Assembly: GCA_965214875.1 (NCBI GenBank)
Contig: OZ243980.1
Location: forward strand, 984,009 to 1,048,008
Source of the DNA: Arenicellales bacterium
Lineage (GTDB): Bacteria > Pseudomonadota > Gammaproteobacteria > Arenicellales > JAJDZL01
Length of the DNA stretch: 64,000 nucleotides
Direction of reading: 5' to 3'
Shown here: piece after piece, positions 10,225-19,570 of the stretch
Layout of the letters: the number at the start of each line of letters is the position of its first letter
Position numbering within the stretch: position 1 is the first letter of the stretch
The notes under the pieces: generated by a model
Database searches by the model: none
What the model was told of the DNA's origin: nothing
The model's input: the letters and a program-made list of their open reading frames with translations, nothing else
Made by a program: the position numbers and the translations under genes

Positions 10225-11223
10225 ATGACCGCGAAGCTTCTGCGTTTTATTCAAGTCGCACTGGTGCGCTTAGGCGTACTGCCTTTCTTGCTGTTGATAG
10301 CAGTCATTGTGTTCGCCGTCATTTCAGATAACTTTCTAACCGGACGCAACCTGATGAATGTGGTGCGACAGTCAACTTACCTGACATTGGTTTCGATGGG
10401 GCAAATGTTCGCTTTGCTGACGGGAGGCTTCGATTTGTCAGTTGGAACGATTCTAGCGCTGACTTCGGTAGTTTGCGCCGCTGCGATGGCAATGGCCTAC
10501 GCGGCAATGCCTGATGCTGTCTGGCTTTCAATTCTTATTGGAATGTTGGCAGGCGGCATGGCTGGCACAGCTGTTGGCGTTGTCAATGGAATCGGCATTT
10601 CGATCTTCAATGTGTCTCCATTCATGATGAGTCTCGGCATGGCGTCTGTTGGATTCGGGCTTGCACTTTACTTGACTGGCGGCACTCCGGTATACGGGAT
10701 GCCCATCGAGTTTGGCGACATCTTCGGATTCGGAACGTTTTTGACCATTCCAGTGCCAGTGATTATTACTTTGGCGCTCATTGCCGTTTTGTATGTGTTG
10801 GTGAATTGGACACGGTTTGGCAGACATCTGTACTCCGTCGGCGGAAACATGAAGGCTGCACGACTATCAGGCATCAATACAAGAATGGCACTTTTTTTGG
10901 CCTATGTATTGTGCAGTGCCATGGCGGCAGTTGCCGGAATCCTGCTGACTGCGCGGCTTGATACAGGTGAGGCGAATATCGGCGCCACCATGCCGCTTGA
11001 ATCGATCGCGGCATGCGTTATCGCCGGGGTCAGTTTGCGGGGCGGGGTCGGCAGACTGGAGAATGTTGTTTTTGGCGCACTGTTCATCGGACTGGTGCAA
11101 AACGGAATGAACTTGGCGCGCATCGAATCCTATTTGCAAATTGTCGTGATTGGCATCTTGCTGATTTTCGCAGTCGTGGCGGACCAGCTCAGACTTCGCT
11201 ACATTTCGACACTCAGAAACTGA
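10225..11223 (+). CDS. Sugar ABC transporter permease (RbsC-like)
   Basis: 332-aa polytopic protein with the blocks TGGFDLSVG and GRHLYSVGGNMKAARLSGIN. Confidence 0.9.
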   Translation: MTAKLLRFIQVALVRLGVLPFLLLIAVIVFAVISDNFLTGRNLMNVVRQSTYLTLVSMGQMFALLTGGFDLSVGTILALTSVVCAAAMAMAYAAMPDAVWLSILIGMLAGGMAGTAVGVVNGIGISIFNVSPFMMSLGMASVGFGLALYLTGGTPVYGMPIEFGDIFGFGTFLTIPVPVIITLALIAVLYVLVNWTRFGRHLYSVGGNMKAARLSGINTRMALFLAYVLCSAMAAVAGILLTARLDTGEANIGATMPLESIAACVIAGVSLRGGVGRLENVVFGALFIGLVQNGMNLARIESYLQIVVIGILLIFAVVADQLRLRYISTLRN

Positions 11224-11303
11224 TTGCCGCATCGCAGCTGCCAAGAACGGCTTTACAGTTTTGTGGCGTCTTTCGGATTTACGTTTAATCAATGGTGTGT
11301 TAG

Positions 11304-12026
11304 ATGAATACTGAAATAAATTGCGATATGGGTGAAAGTTTCGGAATTTACCGTATGGGTGATGACGCTGGTCTGATGCCGCTAATATCAATGGCAAATG
11401 TTGCTTGCGGGTTTCATGGTTCGGATCCGAATCACATGCGAACAACGGTCAGATTGGCTAAACAGCATGGGGTGCGCGTCGGCGCTCATCCATCTTTGCC
11501 TGATCTGCAGGGTTTTGGACGTCGAGCAATGGCGGTCGAGCGCGAGGAGCTGGCGAATCTCCTGATTTATCAAGTCGGTGCGCTAGTGGCATTTTTGCAG
11601 GCGGAAGGAATGGAACTCAACCACATCAAGCCGCATGGCGCACTGTATGGAATGGCGGCGCGAGACGGTGAAATTGCGCATGCGGTCTGTGATGCAGTCG
11701 ACATATTCGGCGTTCCAATTCTTGGAATGAAAGGCACCTTGCATGAACAAATATATGTTGAGCGAGGTCATGCTTTCATTTCCGAATTCTACGCAGATCT
11801 TCAGTACAACGACGACGGGAGCTTGATTATTTCGCGAGAACATGACGAAGTCGAACCGAAGTTGGCAGCGAAACGGGTATTGAGAGCTGTAGAAGAAGGG
11901 ATGGTGGACTCTGTCAATGGCAAAGGGGTGAAAGTCGGCGCAGACTGTGTTTGTGTTCACTCCGATACGCCAAATGCGATCGAAGTTGCGCAGGCGGTCA
12001 ACGCGGCAATCTATCCGACACACTGA
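11304..12026 (+). CDS. pxpA: LamB/YcsF family protein (5-oxoprolinase subunit A-like)
   Basis: Carries the blocks NCDMGESFG, ANVACGFHGSDP and HPSLPDLQGFGRR. 240 aa. Confidence 0.85.
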   Translation: MNTEINCDMGESFGIYRMGDDAGLMPLISMANVACGFHGSDPNHMRTTVRLAKQHGVRVGAHPSLPDLQGFGRRAMAVEREELANLLIYQVGALVAFLQAEGMELNHIKPHGALYGMAARDGEIAHAVCDAVDIFGVPILGMKGTLHEQIYVERGHAFISEFYADLQYNDDGSLIISREHDEVEPKLAAKRVLRAVEEGMVDSVNGKGVKVGADCVCVHSDTPNAIEVAQAVNAAIYPTH

Positions 12027-12239
12027 TGTATGCGGGTTAAAGCGCGCATGTCGAAGACATTTCAATTGGTGCCATGTTAAAGCGAGTGGTAGGCGGATTT
12101 GTTGACGGTGTGAGGATTCGATTTAGGGAAGTCTAGCTTTGTCGCGGTCGCGAGCTTCCATGCTTAGTGGGTGAATGCATCAATGCAAGCGAGTTTTCTA
12201 AGTCAAAAGACGGGATTCAGACGAACATATTCTTAGGAG

Positions 12240-12488
12240 ATGCCAATGTCAGTTAAGTCAATTTTGTCGCCTTTGCCGGGGGTCTTTTATCGAAAGCCTG
12301 CGCCCGACCAGCCTCCATACAAGCAGGCGGGCGATTTGTGTGCGGCGGGTGACGTAATAGGGTTGATCGAAGTCATGAAGTCTTTTCATGAAGTTAAGTC
12401 CGATGCATCGGGCACGGTCTTGGAATATCTCGCAGACAATGAGCAGGCCGTAGTTGCTGGCCAGCCATTGATGGGGCTGAAGGAGTAA
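12240..12488 (+). CDS. Biotin carboxyl carrier-like biotinyl-domain protein
   Basis: 82-aa biotinyl/lipoyl domain with a biotinylation-type motif, IEVMKSFHEV. Confidence 0.8.
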   Translation: MPMSVKSILSPLPGVFYRKPAPDQPPYKQAGDLCAAGDVIGLIEVMKSFHEVKSDASGTVLEYLADNEQAVVAGQPLMGLKE

Positions 12489-12506
12489 TGCGTCTTGTCG
12501 GGCAAG

Positions 12507-13883
12507 ATGATGAACAAATTGCTGGTTGCGAATCGCGGCGAAATCGCCGTGAGAATAATTCGGGCTGCAAAAGAATTGGGAATCCATACAACCGCAATCT
12601 ATAGTGAATGCGATAAAGATTCGTTGCCTGTTCGAATGGCCGACCATGCGGTGGAAGTTGGCCGGCCTCCGGCATCAATGTCCTACCTCAATATTGAGAG
12701 CATCGTGGAAATTGCCAAACAGAACGATATTGATGCCATTCATCCAGGCTATGGCTTTTTGGCAGAGAATGCGCAATTCGCTGAGACGGTAGAAGCAGCA
12801 GGCATAACATTCGTTGGCCCTAGCGGAGCAACGATTCGACTTATGGGTGACAAGATAGCGGCTCGCAACACTGCCCAATCCGTCGGAGTGCCAATCACAT
12901 CCGGCAGTTCATCGGCGATGAATTCAGTTGATGATATGTGCGAGGTTGCGGAGCGCACTGGTTACCCGGTATTGGTTAAGGCATCGGCGGGCGGTGGTGG
13001 ACGCGGCATCCGGGTCGCAAACGATCAAGACGAATTGCGGCGTTTGGCTCCGCAGGCTAGTGCGGAGGCGCAGGCAGCGTTTGGCGATAACAGGCTGTTT
13101 GTTGAAAAGTTTATTCGTCGCGCTAGGCATATCGAAGTGCAAGTCTTGGGGGATGGCGAAAACGTGGTCCATTGCTTCGAAAGGGATTGCTCGCTGCAAC
13201 GGCGGCGACAGAAGGTGTGGGAAGAAGCCCCGGCGGCTTGCCTGTCGGATACGGTGCGCCAGAAAATATGCGCGGCCGCGGTGAAGTTGGCGCAGCACGT
13301 TCATTATCGAGGTGCCGGCACTGTCGAGTGCCTCTACGATGAAGGTTCCGAAGAGTTCTATTTTCTTGAGATGAATACGCGCATCCAGGTGGAACATCCG
13401 GTAACGGAATGCATCACCGGGCTAGACTTGATTCGCGAGATGCTGCTGATTGCAGCGGGTAACCCGTTGCGCCTGAAGCAGGACGAAATCAGGGTTCGTG
13501 GGCACTCGATTGAATGCCGAATCAATGCAGAGGACCCCGCAAAAGATTTTTTCCCGAGCCCGGGCATCGTAGAATTGATCTCAGTCCCTGGTGGGCCGGG
13601 GGTTCGCTTTGATTCCATGCTGTTTCCAGGCAGCGAGGTCCCTCCGTACTATGATTCGATGCTTGGGAAGTTGATTGTATGGGATGAGGACCGTGCAAAC
13701 GCCGTGCGCCGGATGAAGTGCGCCTTGTCTGAACTGCAAATCGACGGCATCAATACGACAATTCCGCTGCATCGGGCATTGGTATCGGACCCTGCAGTAA
13801 TGGAATACAGGGTTCACACCGAATTTCTTGAACAATGGCTACACGAAAACCCATCTAGGCTAGGCCGGTCAGCATTGAACTAA
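12507..13883 (+). CDS. Biotin carboxylase (AccC-like ATP-grasp)
   Basis: Carries NKLLVANRGEIAVRIIRA, KASAGGGGRGIRV and EMNTRIQVEHPVTE. The ATG at 12507 is preferred over the TTG at 12495. Confidence 0.9.
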   Translation: MMNKLLVANRGEIAVRIIRAAKELGIHTTAIYSECDKDSLPVRMADHAVEVGRPPASMSYLNIESIVEIAKQNDIDAIHPGYGFLAENAQFAETVEAAGITFVGPSGATIRLMGDKIAARNTAQSVGVPITSGSSSAMNSVDDMCEVAERTGYPVLVKASAGGGGRGIRVANDQDELRRLAPQASAEAQAAFGDNRLFVEKFIRRARHIEVQVLGDGENVVHCFERDCSLQRRRQKVWEEAPAACLSDTVRQKICAAAVKLAQHVHYRGAGTVECLYDEGSEEFYFLEMNTRIQVEHPVTECITGLDLIREMLLIAAGNPLRLKQDEIRVRGHSIECRINAEDPAKDFFPSPGIVELISVPGGPGVRFDSMLFPGSEVPPYYDSMLGKLIVWDEDRANAVRRMKCALSELQIDGINTTIPLHRALVSDPAVMEYRVHTEFLEQWLHENPSRLGRSALN

Positions 13884-13896
13884 TGAGGTAGTATTT

Positions 13897-14772
13897 ATGG
13901 CAGCTCGCTATTCTTTCGGCGGTGATGAGCATATTTTTGTCGAAATCGATGAACAGATGTCGCTTGAGGCGTTTTTCAAAAGCCTGTCAATCACCAATGC
14001 GGTCAGAGAGAGTCAGATCGACGGGATCACTGAAATATGTCCGGCCAACGCATCGTACCAGATCAAATTTAATCCGGATCGAATCAAGCCTAACGATCTC
14101 CTGCTTGAGCTTAAGCAGCTTGAATCCGCCTCGATGTCGACAGGGCCGGAGTTGAAAACTCGGATCATCGACCTCCCTGTCTACTACGACGACCCTTGGA
14201 CCTACGAAACATTGATGAGATTTCGAGAGCGTCACCAAGATCCGGGCGGTAGCGACCTGGATTATGCGGCCCGGATTAATGGATATGACTCCGTCGATGA
14301 ATTCATTCAGGCGCATTCGGCTAGCCCGTGGTTTGTGACGATGGTTGGATTTGTTGCTGGATTGCCGTTCATGTACCAGATGGTTGAACGGAAACGTCAA
14401 ATTGAAGTGCCGAAATACCTGCGTCCGCGAACTGATACACCCAAGCTGACGGTAGGTTATGGAGGCTGTTTCTCGTGCGTCTACTCCGTTCGCGGTGCCG
14501 GCGGCTATCAAATGTTCGGTATCACTCCTATGCCGATATATGACCCTGATCAAAACATTTCCTATTTGCGTGACTTCATGGTGTTCTTCAATCCGGGAGA
14601 CATTGTCAAATTCAGGCCGATTGACCGAGATGCCTATGCCGAATATGTGGCGATGGTCGAAAGTAATTCTTACGAGCCTAGAATGCAGAATTTTGATTTC
14701 TCATTGAGAACCTTTTATTCCGATATGGATCAATACAACGCCAGCATTGGGGAGGTTCTCGATGGCCATTAA
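13897..14772 (+). CDS. pxpB: KipI / allophanate-hydrolase-subunit-1 family protein (PxpB-like)
   Basis: Size and blocks fit the family (EICPANASYQIKF, GFVAGLPFM, GGCFSCVYSVRGAGGYQMFG). It lies directly upstream of the KipA-like partner. Confidence 0.8.
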   Translation: MAARYSFGGDEHIFVEIDEQMSLEAFFKSLSITNAVRESQIDGITEICPANASYQIKFNPDRIKPNDLLLELKQLESASMSTGPELKTRIIDLPVYYDDPWTYETLMRFRERHQDPGGSDLDYAARINGYDSVDEFIQAHSASPWFVTMVGFVAGLPFMYQMVERKRQIEVPKYLRPRTDTPKLTVGYGGCFSCVYSVRGAGGYQMFGITPMPIYDPDQNISYLRDFMVFFNPGDIVKFRPIDRDAYAEYVAMVESNSYEPRMQNFDFSLRTFYSDMDQYNASIGEVLDGH

Positions 14773-15736
14773 AGTTATTGCACCGGGTCTGGCGACTTCT
14801 GTACAGGATTTGGGAAGGCCCGGCTATTATCACCTGGGAATCCCTATTTCTGGTGCCATGGACCGCTATGCTATGAGAGTTGCGAACGGGCTGGTCGGAA
14901 ATGATGAAGGTGATGCTGGGCTGGAGACGGTCTTCATGGGGCCTGATTTGGAATTTACCGAAGATGCTACAGTTGCGGTCACGGGCGGTGAATTGCCTCC
15001 TAAAGTTGATGGTGAGCCACGGGAAACATGGACCGCATTCAAAGTTGGGGCGGGCCAGACGCTTAGTTTTGATTTCTTGCAAAAAGGAGGCCGCGCCTAT
15101 ATTGCGGTTTCTGGAGGAATCGATGTGCCTGTTGTACTCGGAAGCCGGTCAACCTATGCGCTCGGCGCTTTAGGCGGCTATCTTGGACGTGCTTTGCAAG
15201 CAGGAGACGAATTGCAGATCGGCGAGCATTCGGTCCGGTCAGGCAAGGGTTTGAGCATTCCGAAGCATTTGAGGAGGCTGCCTGAAGCACTAGCAGAATT
15301 GAGGGTGATTCCTGGACTTTATTGGCATCGACTGACGGAACAGTCAAGGCGGATCTTCTTTGAAGACAAATGGACAGTTGCAACCGAAGCTGATCGCATC
15401 GGCTATCGATTTCGAGGCGGCAGAGCGTTGCAATTTGTTGAGCGGGAGCAACCTTTTGGCGCGGGATCAGATCCGTCGAACATTGTCGACAGCTGCTATC
15501 CCTACGGTTCGATACAAGTGCCAAGCGGTACTGAGCCAATTGTGCTGCATCGCGATGCGGTTTCGGGCGGAGGGTACTTCATGCTGGGTACCGTTATTTC
15601 ATCAGATATGGATCTTATCGGGCAATTGCAGCCGAACACGCAAGCCCAATTCGTGGCAGTGGACATGGATGCTGCACTCAATGCGCGAAGTGAGCGAAAC
15701 GCGCAACTTGAAAAAGTTCGTGAACTTTTGCAGTAG
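14762..15736 (+). CDS. pxpC: KipA / allophanate-hydrolase-subunit-2 family protein (PxpC-like)
   Basis: Carries IKVIAPGLATSVQDLGRPGY, GIPISGAMD and ADRIGYRFRG. The ATG at 14762 overlaps the upstream stop (ATGGCCATTAA). Confidence 0.8.
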   Translation: MAIKVIAPGLATSVQDLGRPGYYHLGIPISGAMDRYAMRVANGLVGNDEGDAGLETVFMGPDLEFTEDATVAVTGGELPPKVDGEPRETWTAFKVGAGQTLSFDFLQKGGRAYIAVSGGIDVPVVLGSRSTYALGALGGYLGRALQAGDELQIGEHSVRSGKGLSIPKHLRRLPEALAELRVIPGLYWHRLTEQSRRIFFEDKWTVATEADRIGYRFRGGRALQFVEREQPFGAGSDPSNIVDSCYPYGSIQVPSGTEPIVLHRDAVSGGGYFMLGTVISSDMDLIGQLQPNTQAQFVAVDMDAALNARSERNAQLEKVRELLQ

Positions 15737-15874
15737 GAGCGTTCATAATTTGCCATTTCGAATTAGGATTTAATTCGCTCATTGAGCTCGTCATGACCAT
15801 TTTGCCTGCCGTGCAGCAAATTTATTTGTCATGATGAAGGGAGCAGATTAACGCAACAAAGCTCTAGGGTAGAT

Positions 15875-16783
15875 GTGATTACGTTCCGCCAAGTTCGTTA
15901 TTTCATCGCAACAGCGGACAAGGGAAAGATTTCTCTCGCAGCGGCGGACTTGAACGTGTCTCAGTCCGCGGTCAGCACGACGATCATGGATCTTGAAAAC
16001 CAGCTGGGGTTTCGCTTGTTTACGCGCCAGGCATATGGCGTCTCTCTAACATTTGAAGGTCAGCAGTTTCTGCAACATGCGCGGAATATCATAGCGGCTG
16101 TTTCCGAAGCGACGCGTATGCCCTACATGCCGAGCGAAAGTGTTGAAGGTGACATTGTCATTGGGGTTTCATTTACGATCGCCGCCTATTTTTTGCCGAG
16201 TCTGCAAGCTCGGTTTCAGCGAATCTTCCCAAAGGTGAATATCCATGTTTTGGAGCATGACAGAGAGGACATTGAGCAAGGACTGTTGAGCGGCAAGCTG
16301 AATTTGGCCTTAATGCTGGTTTCAAATCTGCGCGATTCATCCAATATTGATTCAGAAACTTTGCTTCGATCACGCAGAAAACTTTGGTTGAGCGTCAACC
16401 ATCCCTTCATGGAATGCGAGAGTGTGTCTTTAGCGGATATTGCTACAGAGCCATACGTCATGCTAACGGTTGACGAGGCAAGCAATACAGCCATGCGCTA
16501 TTGGGAAAAGACAGATCATCGTCCAGAAATTATTTTTTCGACGACTTCGGTTGAAGCGGTTCGCAGCATGGTCTCGCTTGGCATGGGAGTTGCCATCTTG
16601 TCGGACATGGTGTATCGCCCTTGGTCTCTCGAAGGCAATCGAGTCGAGACCCGGCCGGTACTGGAGGAAGTGCCAACCATGGACGTAGGGGTTGCTTGGT
16701 GTCGAGGTGCGGAATTGTCATTGCCGGCGCGGTCATTTCGCGATTATGTTGTGCGCTCTTATCGCGGCGGAACGGGGCTATGA
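15875..16783 (+). CDS. LysR-family transcriptional regulator
   Basis: Has an N-terminal HTH (ITFRQVRYFIATADKGKISLAAADLNVSQSAVSTTIMDLE) and a LysR substrate-binding domain of the expected length. Uses a GTG start. Confidence 0.9.
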   Translation: MITFRQVRYFIATADKGKISLAAADLNVSQSAVSTTIMDLENQLGFRLFTRQAYGVSLTFEGQQFLQHARNIIAAVSEATRMPYMPSESVEGDIVIGVSFTIAAYFLPSLQARFQRIFPKVNIHVLEHDREDIEQGLLSGKLNLALMLVSNLRDSSNIDSETLLRSRRKLWLSVNHPFMECESVSLADIATEPYVMLTVDEASNTAMRYWEKTDHRPEIIFSTTSVEAVRSMVSLGMGVAILSDMVYRPWSLEGNRVETRPVLEEVPTMDVGVAWCRGAELSLPARSFRDYVVRSYRGGTGL

Positions 16784-17042
16784 CCGTCTTAGGCTGTGAT
16801 ACGTCTCGCGTCATCGCGCGAAAGCGGGATTCGAGCAGAACGGGCTAGGAAAAATAATAATGGACACAATATTTCAGAACCAATGGTCAATGCAGCAGGC
16901 CGAGTAGCGGTGTCATCCACGGTTTATGGGCGCGCTTGCGAATCATTGTCAAAAATCTGGCACCCCAGCGATCGGTCATCATCTTGCCAGCATGCGCAAA
17001 AACGGAATTGTAATCTGTTTATGTGCAATATATACTGTTTGA

Positions 17043-18206
17043 ATGATTCCCCGTCATTTATCTGAGGAGCTGCTGCAACAACTGGACGAATACCCGGTTG
17101 TTACTTTGCTCGGGCCCCGGCAGGCGGGAAAAACAACCTTGGCGAAAGAATTGCTGAAGGATTATGCGTATGTCAGCCTGGAAGCTCCCGACATTCTCAG
17201 ATATGCCCAGGAAGATCCAAGGGCCTTCCTATCCAAATATCCTGAAAAATGTATTTTCGACGAAATTCAACGGGCTCCCCACCTTATCAGCTATCTTCAA
17301 GGCATAGTCGACAGTTCCGGCAGGACCGGCCAGTTTGTTCTGACCGGATCTCATCAATTGGAACTGAAAGCTGCAATCAGCCAGTCATTGGCCGGCAGGA
17401 CCGGCATTCTCAATCTGTTGCCATTTTCGATGGAAGAGCTAAAGGCGGCATCACTCACCTTCGACACGTTCGAGGAATATGTCTTTACCGGGTTTCTTCC
17501 GCGCATATATGACCAGCATCAACGACCAAGTACTGCCTATGCGAACTATTATCAAACTTATATCGAAAGAGATGTGCGCCAGATAATTCAGCTAAAGAAC
17601 GCCAGCGCATTCGATAAGTTCATGCGACTGCTCGCTGGAAGGGCAGGGCAGTTGATGAACTATCAGTCTTTGGCATCGGATGTCGGGGCAGATCCCAAGA
17701 CGGTCAAGGAATGGCTTTCGATTCTGGAAGCTTCTTTCATTGTTTTCAAACTCCCTCCCTATTTCAAGAATTTCGGCAAGCGAGCTGTCAAGTCTCCGAA
17801 ATACTACTTTACGGACACCGGGCTGCTCGCCTACTTGCTCGGTATTGAAAAGCCGCACCAAGTTGCCAGAGATCCATTGGTCGGCCAATTGTTTGAAAAT
17901 CTGGTCATTCTCGAAGCCTTGAAAACGCGATACAATCGGGGCCAGATCCCCAATCTATACTTTTATCGTGATAGCCGCGGCAACGAAATAGATTTGCTAT
18001 ACGCCAGCGGACCGAATCTGGTCGGAGTCGAAGTCAAGTCTGCTGCTACGTTTTCTTCGCACTTCAAAAAGTCACTTTTGCGCTTTTCGAATAGCGAATC
18101 AACGCTGGAGTCCGGATACGTAATCTACAACGGAGAGGCAAGACAATTCAGCGATGGCATCGTGGCGGTGAACTACAAAGACGCGCATTCGATTTTCAAC
18201 TCGTAA
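17043..18206 (+). CDS. AAA+ ATPase with C-terminal DUF4143-type nuclease-like region (COG1373-type)
   Basis: Walker A is GPRQAGKTT and the Walker-B-like segment is CIFDEIQ. The C-terminal segment GNEIDLLYASGPNLVGVEVKS has a D...E-V-K pattern. 387 aa. Confidence 0.8.
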   Translation: MIPRHLSEELLQQLDEYPVVTLLGPRQAGKTTLAKELLKDYAYVSLEAPDILRYAQEDPRAFLSKYPEKCIFDEIQRAPHLISYLQGIVDSSGRTGQFVLTGSHQLELKAAISQSLAGRTGILNLLPFSMEELKAASLTFDTFEEYVFTGFLPRIYDQHQRPSTAYANYYQTYIERDVRQIIQLKNASAFDKFMRLLAGRAGQLMNYQSLASDVGADPKTVKEWLSILEASFIVFKLPPYFKNFGKRAVKSPKYYFTDTGLLAYLLGIEKPHQVARDPLVGQLFENLVILEALKTRYNRGQIPNLYFYRDSRGNEIDLLYASGPNLVGVEVKSAATFSSHFKKSLLRFSNSESTLESGYVIYNGEARQFSDGIVAVNYKDAHSIFNS

Positions 18207-18578
18207 TCGAATGCCGCATTCTTGCCTAAAGCATCCGCGACAATTCAATGCGCATCTTCTGTGGCAGTTGTTGAAAAGCGGCCGAAAATGGAAAAACGGA
18301 TTTTCTTTTGCGCCAATCAGCATATTGCGACTCACTCTCCTCTGAGTTTGCGCTGCCGGTTCGCAGAGCGAAGATTTTCTTGCATTGCCACATGGTTGTC
18401 CTCTTATGGCTACTTGAAAATCGCATCCGTGGTGCAAAAACGGGTAAAATCGCGTTTCGACTGGATCAGGAAGTTAATGTGGTCAGAAAATTCGGCTGCT
18501 TGTGACGCGCCCTTGCGCGACTGGAAGCCCGAGTCGGTCGAAGAAAGTCTCGAATCTCAATTCATATCAGGTGTTGCA

Positions 18579-19217
18579 ATGGCGAACGGTTCTGCTGCGG
18601 CGGAGGAAATCTGGGAGCTCATAAGGGAGACCCGGATCGACATGCACAAGTTTCAGGTCGGCATGGAGGAGCTTCGCGCGAGCCAGAGGGAAACGGAGAG
18701 GCTGGTGCGGGAAGTGGCCGAGGAGCAGAAGAAGACCGACCGGCGGCTGAGGAAGACCGACGAGCGGTTCAACACGCAGTGGGGTCGGCTGGTGGAGTCG
18801 CTGGTCGAGGGCAGCCTGGTGCCGCTGTTGCGGGCCCGCGGCATCGATGTGCGCCAGACCTTCCGCCGGGCGGAGGCGGAGTTCTTCACGGACAGCGGCG
18901 AGCGCCGGCAAAAGGAGTTCGACATCCTGGCGGCCAACGGCGACGAGGCGGTGGCGGTGGAGGTCAAGACGACCCTGACTCCGGACATGGTGAAATACTT
19001 CCTGTCGGCGATGGAGGATTTCAAGCGCTATTTCCCGGTCTACGGCGACAAGCGGGTGCACGGCGCGGTGGCGTATCTGAGAAGCGGGTCGGAGGCGGCG
19101 AAGTACGCCGAGCGGCAGGGGCTGTTCGTGGTGCGGGCGACCGGGGACAGCGCGAGCATCGTCAATGCGGAGTGGTTCGTGCCCAAGGCGTTCCCGTCGT
19201 GCGAAGCGGGCGGCTGA
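18579..19217 (+). CDS. Coiled-coil protein with C-terminal PD-(D/E)XK-like motif (DUF3782-like by recollection)
   Basis: GC-rich, coding-like sequence begins near the Met at 18579 (MANGSAAAEEIWEL), whereas the track ORF start at 18222 lies in AT-richer sequence. The N-terminal ~90 aa are charged and heptad-like (EELRASQRETERLVREVAEEQKKTDRRLRKTDERF). The C-terminal half contains EFDILAANGDEAVAVEVKT. Confidence 0.6.
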   Translation: MANGSAAAEEIWELIRETRIDMHKFQVGMEELRASQRETERLVREVAEEQKKTDRRLRKTDERFNTQWGRLVESLVEGSLVPLLRARGIDVRQTFRRAEAEFFTDSGERRQKEFDILAANGDEAVAVEVKTTLTPDMVKYFLSAMEDFKRYFPVYGDKRVHGAVAYLRSGSEAAKYAERQGLFVVRATGDSASIVNAEWFVPKAFPSCEAGG

Positions 19218-19570
19218 AGTGATTCTTCTCGGCTTGCCCGGGCGGCATCTTCGGCAGGCGCTTTCGGATCTGTTGCCGGACCGGAATCCCGAAGCTTCGT
19301 CTGCGGCGGCCGCCTTCGACGCATCCATTGCTGTTGTCGGGCAGGGCTCCATGCCGGCCAAGCGGCGAGTCGCGGGCACGGCTTTTCAAGGCCCTGCCGC
19401 AAAGCGCCTCGTTTAAATCCGATTCAATGACGAACGTGAACAAGCGTCAACCCGGCTGAACTGCCAAATATCTTTGGCGCATGTGCGCGCAATCAATATA
19501 ATTCCCTGCTTATCCAATTTCTGTATTGTTCGACTGATTCGCCGATGAATTCGAAGGTGGGGGTGTGCAA

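Noticed and set aside
18567-19379. A 270-codon minus-strand ORF, and other long ORFs overlapping the GC-rich patch. Similar ORFs occur at 30441-31075 and 53470-54179.
   Set aside because: They are Arg/Pro/Ala-rich shadow frames, typical of high-GC sequence. They run antisense or out of frame to sequence with recognisable protein similarity (PD-(D/E)XK-like gene, transposase remnants).
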